This document shows positions 26,527 to 32,000 of a stretch of DNA of 32,000 nt, in pieces. Source of the stretch: Thermococcus kodakarensis KOD1 (lineage in GTDB: Archaea; Methanobacteriota_B; Thermococci; Thermococcales; Thermococcaceae); NCBI RefSeq assembly GCF_000009965.1, contig NC_006624.1, positions 840,001-872,000 on the forward strand, written 5' to 3'. The translations under genes and the position numbers were made by a program. Every line of letters begins with the position of its first letter. Position 1 is the stretch's first letter. The notes under the pieces were generated by a model, which worked only from the letters and a program-made list of their open reading frames with translations, had not been told where the DNA came from and searched no databases.

Positions 26527-28314
26527 ATGGGAAGGGTCGAGATAATAGATACGACGTTTAGAGACGCTCATCAGTCACTAATAGCGACGCGCCTTCGAAC
26601 AGAGGACATGCTCCCCATAGCTGAGAAGATGGACAGAATCGGCTTCTACTCCATGGAGGTCTGGGGAGGGGCAACCTTCGACGTGTGCATCCGCTACCTG
26701 AGAGAAGACCCCTGGGAGAGACTCCGCATTCTAAGGGAGTACCTAAAGAAGACGAAGCTACAGATGCTCCTCCGTGGCCAGAACCTCGTCGGCTACCGTC
26801 ACTACCCGGATGATGTCGTCGAAAAGTTCGTCGAGCTCGCACATAAGAACGGAATAGATATCTTCCGCGTCTTCGATGCCCTCAACGATATCAGGAATAT
26901 GGCGGTGGCGATAAAAAAGGCTAAAGAAGTCGGTGCTGAGGTTCAGGGGGCAATAGCCTACACAACGGGTAAAGTGTTCACACTCGAATACTACATGAAG
27001 AAGGTCGAGGAACTTTTAGCCCTTGACGTGGATGTAATAACGATCAAGGACATGGCAGGTCTGCTGACACCTTGGAAAGCCTACGAGCTCGTCAGCGAGA
27101 TAAAGGAGACATACGGTGTTCCCGTCAATGTGCACACCCACTCCACTACGGGAATGGCCGTTGCCACCTATCTCAAGGCCGTGGAAGCGGGAGCTGACTT
27201 CATAGACACCGCCATAAGCCCATTAGCCTTCGGCACTGCACAGCCCGGGATTCAGACGATATGGCACGCCCTCCCCAAGGCAGTTGGTTCTCATCTTGAC
27301 CGCGAGCTAATCCACGAGGTCTCGCGCTACCTCAAGAAGCTCCTGGAGGAGAAGTACTGGGGACTGCTCCACAAGGAGGCGTTGATGGTCAACCCCTACG
27401 TCCTCAAGTACCAGGTTCCGGGTGGAATGTTCTCTAACCTCCTAAGCCAGCTCAAGGAGATGAACGCCCTGGACAAGCTCGACGAAGTCCTTGAGGAGAT
27501 ACCGCGCGTTAGGGAAGACCTCGGCTGGCCGCCGCTCGTCACCCCCACCAGCCAGATAGTCGGCACTCAGGCCGTCTTGAACGTCCTCTTTGGAAGGTAC
27601 GAAAGGGTAACCCAGCAGGTCAAGGACTACGTGAAGGGCCTCTACGGAAGGCCGCCAGCGGAGATAAACCCCGAAATCAAGAAGAAAATCCTGGGCGACG
27701 AAGAGCCCATAACGGTCAGGCCGGCTGACCTTCTTGAACCTATGCTTGAAAAGTGCAGGAAGGAGCTTGAAGAAAGGGGGTACAGCCCGACTGAGGAAGA
27801 CCTTCTGACCTACTGCCTCTTTCCGCAGGTAGCGCTGGAGTTCTTCGAGGCGAGGAAAGAGGGAAGGAAGGCCCCAGAGGTGCCGCCTACCGCCCAGAAG
27901 TTCAAACTCTACGTGGACGGCGTTGAGTTCGAGGTGGGAATTGAAGGTGTTGATCTAAGCGCGCTCAGATACCTGCCCCAGATGGCAAGTGCGGGAGCAG
28001 CTATCTCTGCATCCCAAACGATTTCCACTCCAAGTGCTCCCTCTTCGATTCCAGCTCCCATCCCGGCTCCAGCGGCACCATCACCAGTCACCGTCGCTGG
28101 TGAGGGTGTCGTCACCGCCCCAATGCCGGGCAAAATCCTGAGAATCCTCGTGAAGGAGGGCGAGCAGGTTAAGACTGGACAGGGACTCCTCATTCTTGAG
28201 GCAATGAAGATGGAGAACGAGATTCCAGCGCCTAAGGACGGTGTCGTAAAGAAAATCCTAGTCAAAGAAGGCGACACCGTAAACACCGGCGACCCACTAA
28301 TAGAAATAGGGTGA
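26527..28314 (+). CDS. Biotin-dependent carboxyltransferase subunit with C-terminal biotinyl domain (oxaloacetate decarboxylase alpha / pyruvate carboxylase B type)
   Basis: ORF track 26464..28314. GGTGAGGAG SD then ATG 26527 (MGRVEIIDTTFRDAHQSL...). An HMGL-like TIM barrel is followed by an Ala/Pro/Ser linker and a biotinyl domain with the EAMKMENEI attachment motif. Confidence 0.88.
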   Translation: MGRVEIIDTTFRDAHQSLIATRLRTEDMLPIAEKMDRIGFYSMEVWGGATFDVCIRYLREDPWERLRILREYLKKTKLQMLLRGQNLVGYRHYPDDVVEKFVELAHKNGIDIFRVFDALNDIRNMAVAIKKAKEVGAEVQGAIAYTTGKVFTLEYYMKKVEELLALDVDVITIKDMAGLLTPWKAYELVSEIKETYGVPVNVHTHSTTGMAVATYLKAVEAGADFIDTAISPLAFGTAQPGIQTIWHALPKAVGSHLDRELIHEVSRYLKKLLEEKYWGLLHKEALMVNPYVLKYQVPGGMFSNLLSQLKEMNALDKLDEVLEEIPRVREDLGWPPLVTPTSQIVGTQAVLNVLFGRYERVTQQVKDYVKGLYGRPPAEINPEIKKKILGDEEPITVRPADLLEPMLEKCRKELEERGYSPTEEDLLTYCLFPQVALEFFEARKEGRKAPEVPPTAQKFKLYVDGVEFEVGIEGVDLSALRYLPQMASAGAAISASQTISTPSAPSSIPAPIPAPAAPSPVTVAGEGVVTAPMPGKILRILVKEGEQVKTGQGLLILEAMKMENEIPAPKDGVVKKILVKEGDTVNTGDPLIEIG

Positions 28315-28334
28315 CTTTCTGAGTGTCTTTTCAA

Positions 28335-28339
28335 TTTTT
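28335..28339 (+). terminator. Oligo-T terminator tract after the carboxyltransferase gene
   Basis: GTCTTTTCAATTTTTGCC lies within 25 nt of stop codon 28314. Confidence 0.4.
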
Positions 28340-28483
28340 GCCCTCAAAAAGGTTCTAACAAAGCACTGAAGGTCTTTCTTATGCCCCCAAGTTAAAAATC
28401 GAAATATTTTCAGCCCATTTCCGAAAGACATTTAAGTACGGAAAGTGTACATTGAAGTGCAAAACTTAAATGGAGGTGCAGGA

Positions 28484-30223
28484 ATGAACTCTGCTGTAAT
28501 TGTTCTGGTGGCCGCTGCAATATACGTGGCCATGTATTTCACCTACGGTAAGAGCCTTCAGAACAAGGTTGTTAAGGCCGACCCCAACAGACCAACGCCG
28601 GCCCACAAGCTATACGACGGCGTTGACTACGTCCCAGCACACCCGCTCGTCCTATATGGACACCACTTCGCTTCGATAGCAGGTGCGGGACCAATCGTCG
28701 GTCCTGCGGTGGCAATGGCCTGGGGTTGGCTGCCGGGACTGATCTGGGTCTGGTTTGGAAACGTCTTCATTGGTGCCGTCCATGACTACCTCGCACTGAT
28801 GTCATCTGTCCGCTATGATGGTAAGTCCGTCCAGTGGATTGCAGGAAAGCTCATGAGCAAGAGGACTGGAGTGGCGTTCGAACTTTACATATGGTTTACC
28901 CTCCTGCTCGTTGTAGCTGCGTTCGTCGCGGTAACTGCCAAACTCCTGACAATAACCCCCGAGGCGGCAACTGCAACCCTGCTCTTCCTTCTGGTGGCAG
29001 TCATCCTCGGATGGTTGCTCTACAAGATGAAGATGAACTTCACAGTGGCAACGATAATAGGACTTGTGCTGCTGGCCATATCTGTCTGGATAGGCCTTAA
29101 CCACCCGCTTGTCTTCGTTAACGGTCAGACCGACACAACCTCCGCCGCCTACACCACCGCATACCACTACTGGAACATAATCCTGCTGGTTTATATTATC
29201 GTAGCCGCTTCCCTCCCTGTGTGGATTCTCCTCCAGCCCAGAGACTACCTCAACGCATACATCCTTTGGTTCGGCCTGCTCTTCGGAGGCATAGCCTTTG
29301 TACTGCTCGCCAAGGACTTTACCGCACCCGCATACACATCTTGGAGCGCCTACGTAATCAAGGGTACTGAGGCAGTTCCCTCACCGTTCTGGCCAACGGT
29401 GCCGCTTGTAATAGCGTGTGGTGCACTCAGCGGCTTCCACTCCCTCGTCGGCTCCGGAACTTCAAGCAAGCAACTTGACAACGAGATTCACGGTCTCCTC
29501 GTTGGCTATGGTGGCATGTTTACAGAGGGCTTCCTCTCAACCATTGTCATAACGGCCATAGCGGTCTACGGCGTCCAGCTTACAGGTCTTGAACCTGCCA
29601 AGTGGGCAACGGAATACATTACCAAGGGCGGTCTTGGAACCTTCATCGGAGGCTACGCTAAGGGCGTCAGCGAGTTCTACGGCGTAAGCGAGACCTTTGG
29701 AAAGACCTTCGCTACCCTCTGGGTCTCGGCCTTCACACTGACTTCCCTCGACACCGCCACAAGACTTGGAAGGTTCGCCTGGCAAGAGCTCTTCGGAATG
29801 ATCGCCGACACGAGCCAGGGTATATGGAAGACTATCACCAATAAGTGGGTTGCCTCAATAATCATAGCCGGTCTCGGCACCTGGCTTGCCTGGGGTGCAA
29901 GTTACAAGGTTCTCTGGCCGGCTTTCGCAGGAATGAACCAGCTCTTAGCAAGCATAGCAATGATGACTGCAGCCCTTTGGGCCGCCAAGGTCCAGAGGGC
30001 CGGAAAGTGGTCCTGGGCCGTCCTCCTGCCAGCACTGTTCCTCTGGATAACCGTGACTGCAGCACTGATATGGTACATAGCAGTAGTGCCGCTGAGCGGA
30101 AGCACCCTCATAGCAGTCAAGGGATCGCTCCTCATCGGCCTGCTCCTGAACTTCCTCCTGGCATGGGACTTCTACATTGCCTGGAAGAGGCCAGAAGAGG
30201 AGTACGCTGCAGCTGCGGCCTGA
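28484..30223 (+). CDS. cstA: CstA-family (carbon starvation protein A) peptide/pyruvate transporter
   Basis: ORF track 28445..30223. GGAGGTG SD then ATG 28484. The CstA signature GHHFASIAGAGPIVGP is present, with about 16 hydrophobic helices. Confidence 0.9.
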   Translation: MNSAVIVLVAAAIYVAMYFTYGKSLQNKVVKADPNRPTPAHKLYDGVDYVPAHPLVLYGHHFASIAGAGPIVGPAVAMAWGWLPGLIWVWFGNVFIGAVHDYLALMSSVRYDGKSVQWIAGKLMSKRTGVAFELYIWFTLLLVVAAFVAVTAKLLTITPEAATATLLFLLVAVILGWLLYKMKMNFTVATIIGLVLLAISVWIGLNHPLVFVNGQTDTTSAAYTTAYHYWNIILLVYIIVAASLPVWILLQPRDYLNAYILWFGLLFGGIAFVLLAKDFTAPAYTSWSAYVIKGTEAVPSPFWPTVPLVIACGALSGFHSLVGSGTSSKQLDNEIHGLLVGYGGMFTEGFLSTIVITAIAVYGVQLTGLEPAKWATEYITKGGLGTFIGGYAKGVSEFYGVSETFGKTFATLWVSAFTLTSLDTATRLGRFAWQELFGMIADTSQGIWKTITNKWVASIIIAGLGTWLAWGASYKVLWPAFAGMNQLLASIAMMTAALWAAKVQRAGKWSWAVLLPALFLWITVTAALIWYIAVVPLSGSTLIAVKGSLLIGLLLNFLLAWDFYIAWKRPEEEYAAAAA

Positions 30224-30263
30224 AGTTCTTTCATATTTTCAACCTTTTTTTGAGGGACAGGGG

Positions 30264-30548
30264 ATGCGGAAAATCAGAGATATTGTTTCAAAGCTCACTC
30301 TCCCGCTTCGCTTCCTCTGGGAGTTTCACAGGGGGTTTGAACTATATTATATCCAGGGGATAAAATGGGAAGAGGAAGAGCTTGAAAACATATTCGCACT
30401 CATACTCTTTGGAGATTACGTAGGCCTGCCCCATCCTCCGACCGTGCTTACATACAGGCTCTTTCCATACGTCATTAGGGAGCTGTACGTGATGGAGCAG
30501 AAGAGCAAGAAAGAGGTTTCCATGAAAAGCGGATGGATAGGCGTTTGA
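30264..30548 (+). CDS. Uncharacterised 94-aa protein, paralogue 1 of a tandem pair upstream of the ArsA-like ATPase
   Basis: ORF track 30177..30548, whose 5' part overlaps cstA. GAGGGACAGGGG then ATG 30264. The core ELENIFALILFGDYVGLPHPPTVLTYRLFPYVIRELYVM is shared with the next ORF. Confidence 0.6.
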   Translation: MRKIRDIVSKLTLPLRFLWEFHRGFELYYIQGIKWEEEELENIFALILFGDYVGLPHPPTVLTYRLFPYVIRELYVMEQKSKKEVSMKSGWIGV

Positions 30549-30559
30549 GGGGGATAAAA

Positions 30560-30841
30560 ATGCCTAAAAGAGCCCTTGAAGATATAAAGGCTTTCCTTAA
30601 AGGGTTTGCAGAGTCGTTTAAGCACAATTCAACCGAATACCTTGAGTTTGAGCTCAGGGAGCTTGAGAACGTCTTCGCTCTCACCCTCATGGGGGAATTC
30701 GTAGGAATACCGAGTCCGCCAACGACTCTGGTTATAAGGCTCCTCCCACACATGACTCGCGAGCTGTACGTGATGCAGAGAAGGGCCGTTGAAATGGACG
30801 ACATTCTTGGCGAGCTAGCAGGGATGTTTGAAATCACATGA
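30560..30841 (+). CDS. Uncharacterised 93-aa protein, paralogue 2 of the tandem pair
   Basis: ORF track 30533..30841. GAGGGGGAT SD then ATG 30560, 11 nt after the stop of paralogue 1. The core is ELENVFALTLMGEFVGIPSPPTTLVIRLLPHMTRELYVM. Confidence 0.6.
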   Translation: MPKRALEDIKAFLKGFAESFKHNSTEYLEFELRELENVFALTLMGEFVGIPSPPTTLVIRLLPHMTRELYVMQRRAVEMDDILGELAGMFEIT

Positions 30842-30851
30842 GGTGGTAGCC

Positions 30852-31847
30852 ATGCGAGAATTCTTCCTGCCGAAGAAAGACTACCGTGTTGTTTTCTTCA
30901 TAGGGAAAGGCGGAGTCGGCAAGACGACGAGCTCTGCGGCAGCTGCCGTTGCCCTCGCCGACAAGGGCTACAGAACCCTCATAGTCTCACTCGACCCGGC
31001 GCACAACCTCGGGGACGTTCTGATGGAGAAGCTCTCAGATAAGCCAAAAAAGATAGCGGAGAATCTCTACGCGAGCGAGCTGGACATGGAGAAGCTGATA
31101 AAGAGCTATCTAAAGCACCTAGAGGAGAACCTCAAGCACATGTACCGCTACCTGACTGTCATAAACCTCGAAAAGTACTTCGAGGTTCTCAGCTTTTCAC
31201 CGGGGATAGAGGAGTACGCAACGCTGGAGGCTGTAAAGGAGATACTGATGAAAGGCGACGAATGGGACGTTATAGTGTTCGACACTCCCCCTACGGGACT
31301 GACCCTCAGGGTTCTCGCGCTCCCGAGGATATCACTCATCTGGACGGACAAGCTCATCGAGATACGGCGGGCAATTCTGGAGAGAAGGGCCGCGATAGCC
31401 AACATCCACGGCGAGCAGGAGTTCGTGGTAGAAGGAGAGCGGATAAAGCTCCCCACCAAGGAAGAGGAAGACCCCGTGATGAAGGAGCTGAAGGCCTACA
31501 GGAAAGAAGTAGCATTCGTTGAGAGTGTCCTCACTGACCCCGATAAGACGAGCGTTGTGGCCGTTATGAACCCTGAGATGCTCCCGTTGTATGAAACTGA
31601 GAGGGCCTACGAGAGCCTCAAAAAGTTCAGGATTCCGTTCAACATGATAGTAATGAACAAGGTCTTCGAGCTGAAGGGAGAAGTCCCGGAACTGAAAGCC
31701 AAACTGGAGGCACAGGAGAGAGTGCTAATGGAGGTCTCTGAAAAGTTCAAAGGGGTTGACATCGTGAAGATACCCATCTTTCCCGAAGAGCCCCGCGGCG
31801 TTGAGAGGCTCAGAGAACTTGGAGGGGCGATAATCGGTGAACGCTGA
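30852..31847 (+). CDS. ArsA/Get3-family P-loop ATPase (single-domain, no Get3 CxxC zinc motif)
   Basis: ORF track 30828..31847. GAGGTGGT SD then ATG 30852. It has the deviant Walker A GKGGVGKTT, the DPAHNL block and switch II DTPPTG. There is no Cys at all in the protein. Confidence 0.85.
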   Translation: MREFFLPKKDYRVVFFIGKGGVGKTTSSAAAAVALADKGYRTLIVSLDPAHNLGDVLMEKLSDKPKKIAENLYASELDMEKLIKSYLKHLEENLKHMYRYLTVINLEKYFEVLSFSPGIEEYATLEAVKEILMKGDEWDVIVFDTPPTGLTLRVLALPRISLIWTDKLIEIRRAILERRAAIANIHGEQEFVVEGERIKLPTKEEEDPVMKELKAYRKEVAFVESVLTDPDKTSVVAVMNPEMLPLYETERAYESLKKFRIPFNMIVMNKVFELKGEVPELKAKLEAQERVLMEVSEKFKGVDIVKIPIFPEEPRGVERLRELGGAIIGER

Positions 31848-32000
31848 GGAAATATACGACAGACTCCGCAGGGTGAATGAGCCCATAACGGAGATGGACA
31901 TAGTCAGCCTCGGCCTCGTTGAGAGGGTTACCGTTGACGAAGATGGTGTTAAAATTTACCTCAGGCTCGCCGAGGGAATACGGCACCCGTTCCAGAACGC
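31837..32000 (+). CDS. DUF59/MIP18-family (Fe-S cluster assembly-associated) protein, 5' partial at window edge
   Basis: GTG 31837 follows GGAGGGG (31821-31827) and overlaps the ArsA-like stop by 11 nt. Translation is MNAEEIYDRLRRVNEPITEMDIVSLGLVERVTVDEDGVKIYLRL..., with the DIVSLGLV block typical of DUF59. It is truncated by the window end. Confidence 0.55.
   Translation, partial: MNAEEIYDRLRRVNEPITEMDIVSLGLVERVTVDEDGVKIYLRLAEGIRHPFQN

Noticed and set aside
29845-30363. 172-aa alternative-frame ORF bridging the cstA 3' end and the first small paralogue
   Set aside because: It is out of frame with the strongly supported cstA gene, and its product is Arg/Gly/Ser-rich.

Overview
This is a dense, two-stranded chromosomal window from a hyperthermophilic euryarchaeon of the Thermococcales. 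Several products point to Thermococcus kodakarensis or a very close relative: a 765-aa GH13 pullulan hydrolase, a GltPh/GltTk-type aspartate transporter, archaeal Trm11 and a class IA FBP aldolase. That identification is from memory, not from a search. I call about 37 protein genes. Many neighbours overlap by 4-29 nt. Starts are preceded either by GGTGA/GGAGGTG-type Shine-Dalgarno motifs or by a TATA box about 25 nt upstream (leaderless). The content falls into five groups. (1) Translation and RNA housekeeping: pelota, L35Ae, Trm1, Sm-L37e operon, GlyRS, Trm11, AlaX. (2) Three toxin-antitoxin modules in the first 10 kb: MNT-HEPN, RelE-type and VapBC. (3) Carbon metabolism and transport: a lipoprotein GH13 pullulanase and FBP aldolase, each carrying a Thermococcales glycolytic motif in its promoter, plus aspartate transporter, BirA, a biotinylated oxaloacetate-decarboxylase alpha-type subunit and CstA. 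(4) A low-GC islet (about 18.2-20.3 kb) with a 400-bp non-coding stretch and a surface-protein gene broken by two homopolymer frameshifts, followed after alaX by a CGP-CTERM surface protein. (5) Two uncharacterised modules I rate as the best candidates for new biology. One is two tandem paralogous ~94-aa proteins coupled to an ArsA/Get3-like ATPase and a DUF59 protein (30.26-32.0 kb). The other is a tightly overlapped PP-loop ATPase + PurM-like ATPase + MNT + HEPN operon (0.5-3.0 kb). I recognised no rRNA, tRNA, CRISPR array, IS element or integrase. All coordinates of refined starts are my own reading of the sequence against the ORF track.
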